From: Acidimicrobiia bacterium
GTDB taxonomy: Bacteria; Actinomycetota; Acidimicrobiia; Spongiisociales; ZC4RG35
Reading direction: 5' to 3'
NCBI GenBank assembly: GCA_050329555.1
Contig: JBHJOQ010000007.1
Location: forward strand, 211 to 64,210
DNA: 64,000 nucleotides
Shown: one piece after another, positions 17,039-26,075 of the stretch
Position numbering within the stretch: position 1 is the stretch's first letter
Layout: each line of letters begins with the position of its first letter
The notes under the pieces: model-generated
What the model was told of the DNA's origin: nothing
The model's database searches: none
What the model saw: only the letters and a program-made list of their open reading frames with translations
Translations under genes and position numbers: made by a program

Positions 17039-17366
17039 CGCGCACGCCGGTGGCAAGAGCGGAGCGCAGGCTTTCGAGACGCTCGGGAACCACCCGGTAG
17101 TGCACCCATCTCCCCTGCCGATCACCTTCGACCAGGCCGGCCCGGCGAAGGATCTTGAGATGATGGGAGACTGTCGGCTGCGACAGCCCCAGCGGCGCCT
17201 CCAGGTCACACCCGCAGGCAGTGCCCCCCGGTGCGGCGGCCAGCATCGAGACGATGCGCAGACGCACCGGGTCACCGAGGGCAGCGAAGGTCGCGGCCAT
17301 GTCATCGGCGGCGTCGCTGTCGACCACTCCGTCGAACAAAGGTATGCAGCAGAAATCCATTCTCAT
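17028..17366 (-). CDS. ArsR/SmtB-family metal-sensing repressor, thiolate (alpha3N-like) type
   Basis: MRMDFCC (N-terminal Cys pair), DPVRLRIVSML, alpha3 TACGCDLE, recognition helix QPTVSHHLKILRRAGLV. Start set at ATG 17366 (17360 also possible). Confidence 0.85.
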   Translation of the reverse strand: MRMDFCCIPLFDGVVDSDAADDMAATFAALGDPVRLRIVSMLAAAPGGTACGCDLEAPLGLSQPTVSHHLKILRRAGLVEGDRQGRWVHYRVVPERLESLRSALATGVRVSG

Positions 17367-17418
17367 ATTGACAATAGTCGATACATCGATATAGTTCAAT
17401 ACATTGAAGTTCATCGAT
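17367..17418. promoter_or_regulatory. Three 16-nt boxes ATTGA-N6-TCGAT in alternating orientation, each separated by AC; candidate ArsR/SmtB operator array
   Basis: Box1 17367-17382 ATTGAcaatagTCGAT, box2 17385-17400 ATCGAtatagtTCAAT, box3 17403-17418 ATTGAagttcaTCGAT. They lie in the A/T-rich divergent spacer. Confidence 0.5.
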
Positions 17419-17438
17419 CTATTGCAAAAGGAGGAACG

Positions 17439-17492
17439 ATGTCACTTCGCGAAAACGACGCCGGATGTTGTGACGACAACTGCTGCTGCTGA
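17439..17492 (+). CDS. 17-aa Cys-rich micro-protein MSLRENDAGCCDDNCCC (putative minimal metal-chelating peptide)
   Basis: ATG 17439 preceded by AAGGAGG (17428-17434, 4-nt spacer). Stop TGA at 17490-17492, hairpin 13 nt downstream. Divergent from the ArsR/SmtB gene. It corresponds to the last 18 codons of a spurious 272-aa track ORF. Confidence 0.5.
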   Translation: MSLRENDAGCCDDNCCC

Positions 17493-17504
17493 ACTGGCCC
17501 GAAA

Positions 17505-17539
17505 GTGTGGTGCGTCCTGCTTCGTTGGGCGCACCACAC
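17505..17539. terminator. Perfect 10-bp GC-rich hairpin GTGTGGTGCG-N15-CGCACCACAC between convergent genes
   Basis: Read directly. On the minus strand it is followed by TTT. It lies between the micro-ORF stop (17492) and the nuclease gene stop (17553). Confidence 0.55.
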
Positions 17540-17552
17540 CCGGAGATCAGCC

Positions 17553-18410
17553 TTAGCTCTCCAGAATCCGGACGGTTGCCTCGCCTTCGCTGCATCCCTC
17601 GAGCACCGGGCAGTATTGACACCATGGCCCTCCCCTCCTCTCGAAATCGGCGCCCGATGACCAGTGACGCCTCAAGTCGTCGACCATATGTGACACCTCG
17701 GCGGCCACCTTCAACACATCAGCGGTTACGGGTAGCGAGGAATAGCGCTCCCCCGTCTTCACGGAGATGGCCTCGACCGAAACCGGCAGCTGCTTGCGGT
17801 CGAGCATCCACAACAGGGCGTAGAAACCCAGCTGCTCTCTCGCCTCCCCCAGCTCACCCGTCTTCCAGTCGACCAGGCGGTGGCCCTCCGGATCGCCGCT
17901 GTAGACGGCATCGATCTGACCGACCAGCTCGACGCCCGCAGCGACTGCGATAACAAATACGATCTCCGCTCCCTCGAAGCCCTCCTGCGGAAACCGGACA
18001 AATCGCTGGTAGAGGGCCCGCACTTCTTCGAACACGCCACCAAGCTCGGAGGGCTTCAGGCCCAAATCACGCATCGAGTTATTGAGCCGCTGGGAGCCTC
18101 CGATCTCTTCGCGGCAAGCCTGTTCGAACGCGGCCTCGTCGATCGGTCCGGAGACGAGGTGCCTGCGGAATATCTGGTGGGCCAGGCTGCCGACGAACGA
18201 CGAGCGGGAGGCGGTCCCGTAATTGCCCTGGTAGCGGGCATCCGCTCGGGCCGGGCACTGTTTGTAAGCAAGGTAGGACGTCGCCGAGACCCGGACGTCG
18301 TCTCCCGGTAGGGAGGGAACTATTTCCACCTTTGTCACGTCGAAACTGTAGATGTCGATGATTAAGCAAAGGGACCGGCCCGGGTTACCATCGGATCTCC
18401 GCCCGGGCAA
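17553..18410 (-). CDS. PD-(D/E)XK nuclease, RecB/Cas4-like with a 4-Cys cluster
   Basis: N-terminal Cys in YLAYKQCPARA, GQIDAVY...LVDWKTGE (D..D/ExK), C-terminal CQYCPVLEGC (CX2CX5C). Start uncertain (GTG 18338 or 18329 are alternatives). Confidence 0.7.
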   Translation of the reverse strand: MPGRRSDGNPGRSLCLIIDIYSFDVTKVEIVPSLPGDDVRVSATSYLAYKQCPARADARYQGNYGTASRSSFVGSLAHQIFRRHLVSGPIDEAAFEQACREEIGGSQRLNNSMRDLGLKPSELGGVFEEVRALYQRFVRFPQEGFEGAEIVFVIAVAAGVELVGQIDAVYSGDPEGHRLVDWKTGELGEAREQLGFYALLWMLDRKQLPVSVEAISVKTGERYSSLPVTADVLKVAAEVSHMVDDLRRHWSSGADFERRGGPWCQYCPVLEGCSEGEATVRILES

Positions 18411-18429
18411 TCCCGGTGCCTCCTCTCCA

Positions 18430-20364
18430 ATGCACGATTACGTCTCCTTCCGAAAATCTCCTAAGACCGCGTCCGCGATTCTCGCGATTGGCGTGGTTCT
18501 GCTGTTCCTGCTCGCATACGGTGCGACCCGTTTCGTCTCACGCGGCGAGGTGATGGGCAGGGTCGAGGTCGCGGGAGTACAACTCGGCGGACTCGATCGG
18601 GATACGGCGCTTGGCACCATGGTCCAGGTCGAGGAGGCATTCAGCGCTCGGACTGCCGTCTTCACGATCGAAGGGTCCACCGTGCAGCTGCCGCCGCCTG
18701 AGGTTGGGCTCGACATCGACGAGAATTCGATAGTCGGCACTGCGATGAAAGTGGGACGCACCGGTAACCCGTTCAGTGAGTTCTGGTGGTGGCTCACCCA
18801 TATCGTCTCGAACCACACTATCTCGCTCCTGGGCACGATCGACCCCGATCTCGTCGACATCAAGCTGACCGAGTGGGAGACGAGCGTCATCGCCGAGCCA
18901 ACAGTTCCCGGAGGCATCATCCTCGTCGACAATGAGCCGGCGCCCGTATATCCGGCTACCGGCACCGGGATTCTCAGAGAACAGGCCGAGGCGGAGATTC
19001 TCGAGATCATGCTCGAGACCAGGCCCACGGTTGGCGTCATCGAGACGAGGGTGATTCAGCCCGCCCTCACCGCCGAACAGGTCGATGATGCCCTCGCCGT
19101 GGCCCAAGAACTGCTCTCAGCCCCGGTCCTGATGACGCATGACGGCACAATTCTGACTGTTGACTCCGGAGAACTGAAGAACGCCTTCGTTGCAACCACA
19201 ATCACCGAGGCCCCGGCGCGGATCGAACTCGGGTTCGACCCTGGTGTCGTCAACGAGTTCCTCGACCCGATCCGTTCCGAGTTCGAGCTGCAGCCCGTGA
19301 ACGCCCGGTTCAACATCGAAGGGGACTCGATCTCGATCATTCCGGGTTCGAACGGCACCGAAATCGACGAAGTCGAAACCGCGACACGGCTCTACGATGC
19401 CGGCATCTCTCCGTCGCGCACAGGGGTGCTCCCTCTGGTGGAGGGTGCGGAGCCCGATGTGACCACGGCCTACCTCGAAGGTCTCAACGTCAACCATCTG
19501 GTGTCCCAGTTCACGACCTACTACGACTGTTGTGCGGCCCGGGTCACCAATATCCACCAGATCGCCCGGGATGTGGATTTGACCCTGGTCCTTCCCGGCC
19601 AGACCTTTAGCTTGAATGAACATGTCGGGCCACGCACCGAGACGAAGGGATACCTACCGGCAGGCACCATCGTCGCGGGAGAAATCGAGGACACCATCGG
19701 CGGAGGGGTCAGCCAGTTCACTACCACCTTCTACAACGCTGTCTTCTGGGGTGGCTATGAAGATGTCGAGCACCGCGCGCACTCCTACTACTTCGAGCGG
19801 TACCCGATGGGAATCGAGGCAACCCTCAACTGGAGGACCCCCGACCTCAAGTTCAGGAACAACCGTGACCACGCGATCCTCATCGACACCAGGTTTTCGG
19901 ATACGTCGATCACCGTACGCTTCTTCGGTGACAACGACGGACGCACCCTCAAAGGCGAGCAGAGCGGGGGCAGGCTCAACATCTGGGTGGACAAATCGGG
20001 CGGCGCCGACGCTCGGCACGTCAAGGGCTCGGTCTCCGACCCATTTGCCGTGACCGAGCCGGGAAAGCCGCGTTACGAGCCCAACCCGGAACTCAGCCCC
20101 GAGGTCACCAACACCCTCCAATCCGAGCGCGAGGGTTGGAGCGTCACCGTCACCCGGAGGATCCTGGTCAATGATGTCGAGGTCGAGTCACGGGAGTGGC
20201 TGGTCCGATACGCGGCGCGCTTTGCCGTCTACGAAGTTCATCCCTGCAAGATGCCCGGATCGACCGCGACCTGCCCGACGACAACGACACTTCCACCCAC
20301 CACAACCACGACAATTCCGCCGACAACAACCACCACCGAGCCGGAAGAGGCAACCGAACCGTGA
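18430..20364 (+). CDS. VanW-domain protein, N-terminal membrane anchor, Thr/Pro-rich C-terminal tail
   Basis: TM AILAIGVVLLFLLAYG. VanW core GQTFSLNEHVGPRTETKGYLPAG...GGGVSQFTTTFYNAVFWGGYE...RYPMGIEATL. Start set at MHDYVSF (18430). Confidence 0.85.
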   Translation: MHDYVSFRKSPKTASAILAIGVVLLFLLAYGATRFVSRGEVMGRVEVAGVQLGGLDRDTALGTMVQVEEAFSARTAVFTIEGSTVQLPPPEVGLDIDENSIVGTAMKVGRTGNPFSEFWWWLTHIVSNHTISLLGTIDPDLVDIKLTEWETSVIAEPTVPGGIILVDNEPAPVYPATGTGILREQAEAEILEIMLETRPTVGVIETRVIQPALTAEQVDDALAVAQELLSAPVLMTHDGTILTVDSGELKNAFVATTITEAPARIELGFDPGVVNEFLDPIRSEFELQPVNARFNIEGDSISIIPGSNGTEIDEVETATRLYDAGISPSRTGVLPLVEGAEPDVTTAYLEGLNVNHLVSQFTTYYDCCAARVTNIHQIARDVDLTLVLPGQTFSLNEHVGPRTETKGYLPAGTIVAGEIEDTIGGGVSQFTTTFYNAVFWGGYEDVEHRAHSYYFERYPMGIEATLNWRTPDLKFRNNRDHAILIDTRFSDTSITVRFFGDNDGRTLKGEQSGGRLNIWVDKSGGADARHVKGSVSDPFAVTEPGKPRYEPNPELSPEVTNTLQSEREGWSVTVTRRILVNDVEVESREWLVRYAARFAVYEVHPCKMPGSTATCPTTTTLPPTTTTTIPPTTTTTEPEEATEP

Positions 20365-20368
20365 TCGG

Positions 20369-20677
20369 TCAAGCGACCGGTTCTGGCTCTTCTTCGTAAA
20401 AGCGAAGGAAGCTCTGGGTCTCATCCTTGACGCTGGCGGCGGTGGTTTCGTCCCAGCCGCCGGGGCGTCGCACCGTGATCGTGTTCTGCAGGACGAAAAC
20501 ATGGTCGATACCCGTGCCGAGGCCGAAGAGGCGCTCAGCCAGACGCCCGGGAACTGCGCTCCCGGGATGATCGGGGGTCATCTCATGGCCGTCCTGGCCG
20601 GTGAGACTCCTGTCGGTGTCGAGAAGTAGAAGGTCACCGACCTCGGCGACACTGCGGATTTCTACGGTTTGTCCCAT
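20369..20677 (-). CDS. Nfu_N-like (NifU N-terminal-like) small protein
   Basis: 102 aa. GRLAERLFGLGTGIDHVFVLQNTITVRRPGGWDE resembles the Nfu_N pattern. Weak call. Confidence 0.5.
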   Translation of the reverse strand: MGQTVEIRSVAEVGDLLLLDTDRSLTGQDGHEMTPDHPGSAVPGRLAERLFGLGTGIDHVFVLQNTITVRRPGGWDETTAASVKDETQSFLRFYEEEPEPVA

Positions 20678-20695
20678 GGGGAACGAGATGTTACT

Positions 20696-22129
20696 TCAGG
20701 ATCCCATCCCGCCTGAATCCTCTCCGATCTCGTGGACCTTGACCAGGTTGGTCGAAGCCAGCCGGCCCGGCGGGACCCCGGCCACCATCACCACACGGTC
20801 ACCTCGCCTGGCGATCTCCTGGGACTCGAGATAACGGGAGGCGGCGGCCATCTCCTCATCGGTGTAGGTCCGACGGTCGAGCGGATGGGGCATCACCCCC
20901 CAGAAAAGGGCCATGCGCCGCTCGGTCACCGGGTTCGGGGTGAATGCATTGATGCGCACTTCGGGGCGGTACTTGGAGATGAGACGGGCGGTGTTACCGG
21001 ATTCGGTGAAGGCGACGATCATCTGGGCATCGACGTTGACCGCGATTTCGGTAGCGGCCTGGGCCACAGCGGAGGCGACAGAGTTTCCGTCCCCGACGAA
21101 AGGCACCGGATGGTCCCCCCTTCCCGACAAGGTCCCCTGCTCTGTCTCCAGACAGATCAAAGCCATAGCTTCGATGGTCTTGATCGGGTAGGACCCGACT
21201 GCCGTCTCCCCGGAGAGCATCACGGCGTCCGTGCCACCGAACACCGCATTGGCAACATCGGTGACCTCGGCCCGTGTCGGACGCGGGCTATGGATCATCG
21301 ACTCGAGCATCTCGGTGGCGGTTATCGAGATCCGGCCGGCCGCGTTTGCCCGCCTCAAAATGTCGTTCTGGATGAGAGGCAATCTCTGCAATGGCAACTG
21401 TACGCCGAGGTCCCCCCGGGCGACCATGACCGCTTCGGAGACTTCGAGAATCGAATCCAGATTGTCGTAAGCCTGGGCCAGTTCGATCTTGGCGATGATC
21501 GGGACGTCGCCGCACAGCTGCTTCACGCTGGTCACATCCTCGCCGGAGCGAACAAAGGATGCCGCCACGTACTCGACGCCGAGTTCGATGCCGAAGGCAA
21601 GGTCACGTTCGTCCTTTTCGGTGATGGTGTCGACACTGAGGAGGCTGTCGGGAAACGCCACTCCTTTGTGGTTGGAGAGCTCGCCGCCCTGGACCACTTC
21701 GGCGACCAGCATCTCCTTCTCCTCACCGATCACCATCAGTGTCACGAGACCGTCGGCCAGAATCACCCGATCCCCCGGCTTGACGTCGTTGAGGAGGTCG
21801 GGGTACCCGACCGGGATGATCTCCAAAGAACCATTTCCACCCGCCGGCGAGAGCGACACCTGGGTGCCCTCGAGAAGATAGATAGGGCCTTCCGGGAAGG
21901 TTCCGACCCGGAGTTTCGGGCCTTGAATGTCCTGGACTATCGCCACCGACCTGTTGTGACGTTTCGCGGCGTCGCGTACCCAACCGGCGAAGCTCCGATG
22001 CAGTTCATGCTCACCGTGAGAGAAATTGAGCCTGGCGACATCCATGCCTGCCCGGACCATCGCATCGACAGATTCGGCGTCGGCGACTGCGGGGCCCATC
22101 GTCGCGATGATCTTGGTGTGGCGGTTCAT
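20696..22129 (-). CDS. pyk: Pyruvate kinase
   Basis: MNRHTKIIATMGPA, ARLNFSHG, MVARGDLGV, full length 477 aa. Confidence 0.95.
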   Translation of the reverse strand: MNRHTKIIATMGPAVADAESVDAMVRAGMDVARLNFSHGEHELHRSFAGWVRDAAKRHNRSVAIVQDIQGPKLRVGTFPEGPIYLLEGTQVSLSPAGGNGSLEIIPVGYPDLLNDVKPGDRVILADGLVTLMVIGEEKEMLVAEVVQGGELSNHKGVAFPDSLLSVDTITEKDERDLAFGIELGVEYVAASFVRSGEDVTSVKQLCGDVPIIAKIELAQAYDNLDSILEVSEAVMVARGDLGVQLPLQRLPLIQNDILRRANAAGRISITATEMLESMIHSPRPTRAEVTDVANAVFGGTDAVMLSGETAVGSYPIKTIEAMALICLETEQGTLSGRGDHPVPFVGDGNSVASAVAQAATEIAVNVDAQMIVAFTESGNTARLISKYRPEVRINAFTPNPVTERRMALFWGVMPHPLDRRTYTDEEMAAASRYLESQEIARRGDRVVMVAGVPPGRLASTNLVKVHEIGEDSGGMGS

Positions 22130-22159
22130 ATGTTCTTTAAAGCTAAGCAGAGGAGAGGG

Positions 22160-22948
22160 CTACTCCGTGACAGGTCGGTAAACGACTTCGCCAAAGAGCC
22201 GGATATTCACCGATTCGATTACTGCCGTTCCCTCCGGAGAACCGAGCCATTCCAGGAGCTCCACAGCCCCGTCACGGTTGGATGCGGAGGTGGCGACATA
22301 GGCCGTGTAGGGGTTCGCCAGCTCCTCGCCGGTCACTTGATAGTCGACGAGAGACAGAGCGTCGCGCGCCTCGAGGAACGCGCCGAGTTCAGCCAGGGTG
22401 AATCCCGACCTCTGATCGGCAATGAGAAGGGTCTGGCCCATCCCTTGGCCCGACTCGATGTACCACTCCTGCGGGCCGGGGTCGACCTCTAACACTGCCC
22501 AGAGGCTTAGTTCTCGATCGTGTGTTCCGGAAAGGTCGCCGCGACTGACGAAGGTGCGTCCCGCGGAGGCAATCGCGTGGAATGCTTCTGTCACCGGGAG
22601 GCCAGAAGGCGCGATGCCGTCGGGCGGGCCGACCAGGACGAAACGAGACTCGACCAGCGAGCGGGAGGCGAACCCGTGCCCTTGTTCGACGAAGATGGCC
22701 TCCTGCTCGGAGGCGTGGACAATCAAGAGATCTACCGCCCCGCGACGACCTAGTTCGAGAGCGAGAGCTGTGGGTTCGGCAACGACCGATACCTCGACGC
22801 CGGGATGGAGCGCTTCGTACTCAGCAACCACCGCATCCATGAGCCCCGAGTCGACCAGTGTGGTCCCGGCGGCAACGATCACTCGTTCGGATCCCGCCCC
22901 GCAGGCCGAGGCAGCGAGAATCAGCCCAGCGGCCAGCCAACGACTCAT
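22160..22948 (-). CDS. tupA: Tungstate/molybdate-type ABC substrate-binding lipoprotein (TupA-like)
   Basis: Signal/lipobox LILAASAC. AAGTTLVDSGLMDAVV...VEVSVVAEPTALALELGRRGAVDLLIVHA resembles TupA. Confidence 0.75.
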   Translation of the reverse strand: MSRWLAAGLILAASACGAGSERVIVAAGTTLVDSGLMDAVVAEYEALHPGVEVSVVAEPTALALELGRRGAVDLLIVHASEQEAIFVEQGHGFASRSLVESRFVLVGPPDGIAPSGLPVTEAFHAIASAGRTFVSRGDLSGTHDRELSLWAVLEVDPGPQEWYIESGQGMGQTLLIADQRSGFTLAELGAFLEARDALSLVDYQVTGEELANPYTAYVATSASNRDGAVELLEWLGSPEGTAVIESVNIRLFGEVVYRPVTE

Positions 22949-23913
22949 GCCATCACAATGGTGACCGCACTTGCCTTGACCGCCACACCCACCTCCGCGC
23001 CGACGTCAATCGAAAGATCGACGAGTGCTCCCGGTGTGACCGTCGCAACCACCTCGACTCCGATGTCCACCGTGACCTCGACCACTTGCCCCCGGTTCGA
23101 TATCGAGGCGACCCGACCGACCCAGGTATTCCTGCTGGAGATGTCGTGGCCGGCCCCGGCCAGGCGGAGTGTGACCGCCTCGGCCCCGAACAAGGCGCGT
23201 GCCGGGCCATCGGCTTCACCCATCCCGGTGATCCTGAAATCGCCGATCTCGAGGACACACAGACCTTCAGCGGGTCTGGCGAAGCCAGCGATCAGGTTTG
23301 CCTTGCCCAGGATCTCGGCGCTGCGGGCGAAAGAAGGTGACCCGATGACCGTCGAGACCTCGCCCTGCTCGACGATGCTTCCTTTGTCGATGATCACCAC
23401 CCGATCGGCGAGTGCGGCGACCACATTGATGTCGTGGGTCACGACGACGACGGAGCGCCCTTCCAATTCGGTGGTGAGGAGAGAGAGGATTTGCCCCCGC
23501 TCGGCGAAGTCGATCGGCGCCATCGGCTCGTCGAGGAGATACCAATCGGCGGGTCTGGCAAGCGTCCGGGCGAGCACCAGGCGATGCTTTTCCCCACCCG
23601 AAAGCGATGGTGCCGCTTGTTCGAGAAGACCTCCCACCCCGAGCCGATCAGCAAGCTGGCGGGCCCGAGCGGCTGGCTCCGACTCCAGACCCAGACCGAG
23701 GTTGAACCCGGCCGATCCCCGGAACATGTGCGGCCTCTGCTGGATGTAACCGACCGTACCCGCTGATGCCAGCTCGCGGACCAGGTATCTGAGGAGGGTG
23801 GTTTTACCCGCACCGTTGGGCCCGAAGATGACCGTGGTCCGGCCGGGCGGAAGCTCCAGTCCCGTTATCTGAAGCCGGCTCCCGTCCGCCGGGACCGTCA
23901 CGTCGAAGCTCAA
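22945..23913 (-). CDS. tupC: ABC transporter ATP-binding protein with C-terminal TOBE domain (TupC/ModC-like)
   Basis: GPNGAGKTTLL, LSGGEKHRLVLAR, LLDEPMAPID. C-terminal OB/TOBE-like GQVVEVTVDIG..VVATVT. Confidence 0.85.
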   Translation of the reverse strand: MSFDVTVPADGSRLQITGLELPPGRTTVIFGPNGAGKTTLLRYLVRELASAGTVGYIQQRPHMFRGSAGFNLGLGLESEPAARARQLADRLGVGGLLEQAAPSLSGGEKHRLVLARTLARPADWYLLDEPMAPIDFAERGQILSLLTTELEGRSVVVVTHDINVVAALADRVVIIDKGSIVEQGEVSTVIGSPSFARSAEILGKANLIAGFARPAEGLCVLEIGDFRITGMGEADGPARALFGAEAVTLRLAGAGHDISSRNTWVGRVASISNRGQVVEVTVDIGVEVVATVTPGALVDLSIDVGAEVGVAVKASAVTIVMA

Positions 23914-24611
23914 ATCCCCACCCCCACCGGGCGATGCAGCCGTCCCAGAGACAGGTTGACCGCCAGGCTGATGGCCAGCAGCACGATTCCTGCCGCAATT
24001 GCAATCCCGAAACGCGCCTGGCGTGATTCCTGGACGATCAAGGTGGTCAGCACCCTGGTCTCGCCGAGGATGTTGCCTCCCACGATCAGCACCGCCCCCA
24101 CCTCGGAGATGACCCGTCCGAATGCCGCGACGACCGCAGCACCAACACCTGACCGGGCCTCCCCGACTGCGAGCCGGTAACGCATGGTGGCGGGAAGGCC
24201 GAGCGCCTCGATCTCCGCGATCACTTCTCCCGGGAGCCCGCCGACCGCTCCCCTAGTCACTCCGGCCGCCACGGGGACGGCAAGCGAGACCTGGGCTATC
24301 ACCATCGCAGCGGGTGTGAACACCAGGCCGAGCGAGCCGAACGGCCCTGCGTTCCAGAAGAGGAGGAGCACGAACAGGCCGACCAGTACCGGGGGGATGC
24401 CCATCCCCACGTTGATCCCCATCCGGAGCAGTGCCGAACCCGGGAAGCGCTCAAGGGCGAGGATCGTGCCCAGGGGAATGCCGACAAGGACGCCCAGAAT
24501 CGTCGAAATCCCGGACACCGCGAGGGTCAGGGCGATTACATCTAGAAGCTCCGGCCCGAACTCGGAGAAAGCGTTAAGGGCATCGCCGATCACCTCACCG
24601 AGAAACTCCAT
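23910..24611 (-). CDS. tupB: ABC transporter permease (TupB-like)
   Basis: 233 aa, multi-TM. 4-nt overlaps link the permease, ATPase and binding-protein genes. Confidence 0.8.
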   Translation of the reverse strand: MEFLGEVIGDALNAFSEFGPELLDVIALTLAVSGISTILGVLVGIPLGTILALERFPGSALLRMGINVGMGIPPVLVGLFVLLLFWNAGPFGSLGLVFTPAAMVIAQVSLAVPVAAGVTRGAVGGLPGEVIAEIEALGLPATMRYRLAVGEARSGVGAAVVAAFGRVISEVGAVLIVGGNILGETRVLTTLIVQESRQARFGIAIAAGIVLLAISLAVNLSLGRLHRPVGVGI

Positions 24612-24626
24612 GGGGGTGACGATACT

Positions 24627-26075
24627 TCAGGCGCCGGCCCGCGCCCTGATCACCTCGTTGACGAGTTTGGGGTCGGCCTTTCCCTGCGTTGCCCGCATCA
24701 CCTGACCGACCAGGAACCCGAGGACCTTCTCCTCTCCACCCTGGAGTGACGCAAGAGCTTCGGGGTTGTCGGCAAGCACGGCATCGACGGCCGCTTCGAT
24801 TGCTCCGGAATCGGAGATCTGGATCAGGTCGCGCTCACCCGCCACTTCGAGCGGTTCGCCTTCCCCGGCGAGCACCCCGCTCAGCACCTCCTTCGCTGCC
24901 GATGTCGATACCTTGCCGTCGTCGATAAGACCGATCAGCCCGGCGAGTTGGGTACCGGTGAGCGGCACGTCATCGCTGTCGGCGTCCTCGCGACGTTGCC
25001 ACGCGGTGATCTCACCGGTGACCCAATTCGCGGCTGCGCGGGCGTCGGCGCCTTCTGCCACTGTTGACTCGAATAGCTCACGCATGGACGCGCCTGCTCC
25101 GGAAAGAACTCCGGCAATAGGCTCGTCGAGTCCGGAAGCTACGTACCTTTCAATCCGTTTCGCGGGAAGCTCGGGCAGAGTTGCCCGTACCCGCTCGATC
25201 CACGCAGCGTCCATCTCCATCGGCGTCAGGTCGGGCTCGGCGAAGTAGCGATAGTCGGAAGACCCTTCTTTCGATCGCATCGACCTCGTCAAGCCGGCCT
25301 CCTCATCCCAGTGTCTGGTCTCCTGCACCACGACAGCGCCGGAGTCCACCAGTTCGATCTGCCGGTCGATCTCGTATCGGACTGCCCGTTCCAGGGAGCG
25401 GAAGGAGTTCATGTTCTTGACCTCGACTTTGGTACCCAGGGCAGCTTCACCGACGGGGCGGATCGAGACGTTGGCATCGAAGCGGATCGAACCCTCTTCC
25501 AGCCTCGCATCGGAAACACCGAGTTCGGCCACCACGGCGCGCAGGCCCTGGGCATAGGCCCTGGCTTCCGCAGCGGAGTGGATCTCTGGCTTGGAGACGA
25601 TCTCTACCAGTGGGACTCCGGACCGGTTGAAGTCGAGAAGAGTCGAGCTGGCACCGTGGATCCGTCCCCCATCTCCGACATGAGTCGACTTTCCGGTGTC
25701 CTCCTCCATATGGGCCCGCTCGATCCCGATCCGGCGCGTTTGCCCGTCGACGCTCACATCGAGATAGCCCTCGACACAGATCGGGGCGTCGAACTGGGAG
25801 ATCTGATAGTTCTTGGGCAGGTCGGCATAGAAGTAGTTCTTGCGATGGAACACCGAAGCGGGCGCCACCGAGCAGTTGAGCGCCAGCCCGATGGCGATTA
25901 TCGAATCGAGCGCCACCTCGTTGGGCACCGGGAGAGCCCCGGGAAGGCCCAGACAGGTTGGGCAGATGCTGGTGTTGGGCTCCTCTCCGAAGCCCACCGC
26001 ACACCCGCAGAACATCTTCGACCGGGTCGCTAGCTCGACATGGACCTCGATCCCGATCACGCTCTCCCAGCTCAA
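24627..26075 (-). CDS. gatB: Asp/Glu-tRNA(Asn/Gln) amidotransferase subunit B
   Basis: [25 protein letters not shown]..., 482 aa, C-terminal YqeY-like tail. Confidence 0.95.
   Translation of the reverse strand: MSWESVIGIEVHVELATRSKMFCGCAVGFGEEPNTSICPTCLGLPGALPVPNEVALDSIIAIGLALNCSVAPASVFHRKNYFYADLPKNYQISQFDAPICVEGYLDVSVDGQTRRIGIERAHMEEDTGKSTHVGDGGRIHGASSTLLDFNRSGVPLVEIVSKPEIHSAAEARAYAQGLRAVVAELGVSDARLEEGSIRFDANVSIRPVGEAALGTKVEVKNMNSFRSLERAVRYEIDRQIELVDSGAVVVQETRHWDEEAGLTRSMRSKEGSSDYRYFAEPDLTPMEMDAAWIERVRATLPELPAKRIERYVASGLDEPIAGVLSGAGASMRELFESTVAEGADARAAANWVTGEITAWQRREDADSDDVPLTGTQLAGLIGLIDDGKVSTSAAKEVLSGVLAGEGEPLEVAGERDLIQISDSGAIEAAVDAVLADNPEALASLQGGEEKVLGFLVGQVMRATQGKADPKLVNEVIRARAGA

Noticed and set aside
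16674-17492. 272-aa plus-strand ORF spanning the PuuD-like gene end, the ArsR gene (antisense) and the Cys-rich tail
   Set aside because: It overlaps two supported genes and has no motifs. Only its last 18 codons, which have their own ATG and a strong Shine-Dalgarno site, are treated as a candidate gene.
20270-20350. Low-complexity ACC/ACG/CCG-rich DNA here, at about 40600-40760 and at about 62290-62430, as possible tandem repeats or contingency loci
   Set aside because: They translate in frame into Thr/Pro/Ser-rich linkers of secreted or lipoproteins (VanW tail, 40483 protein, esterase lipoprotein). They show no exact unit periodicity, so they are ordinary linker regions.
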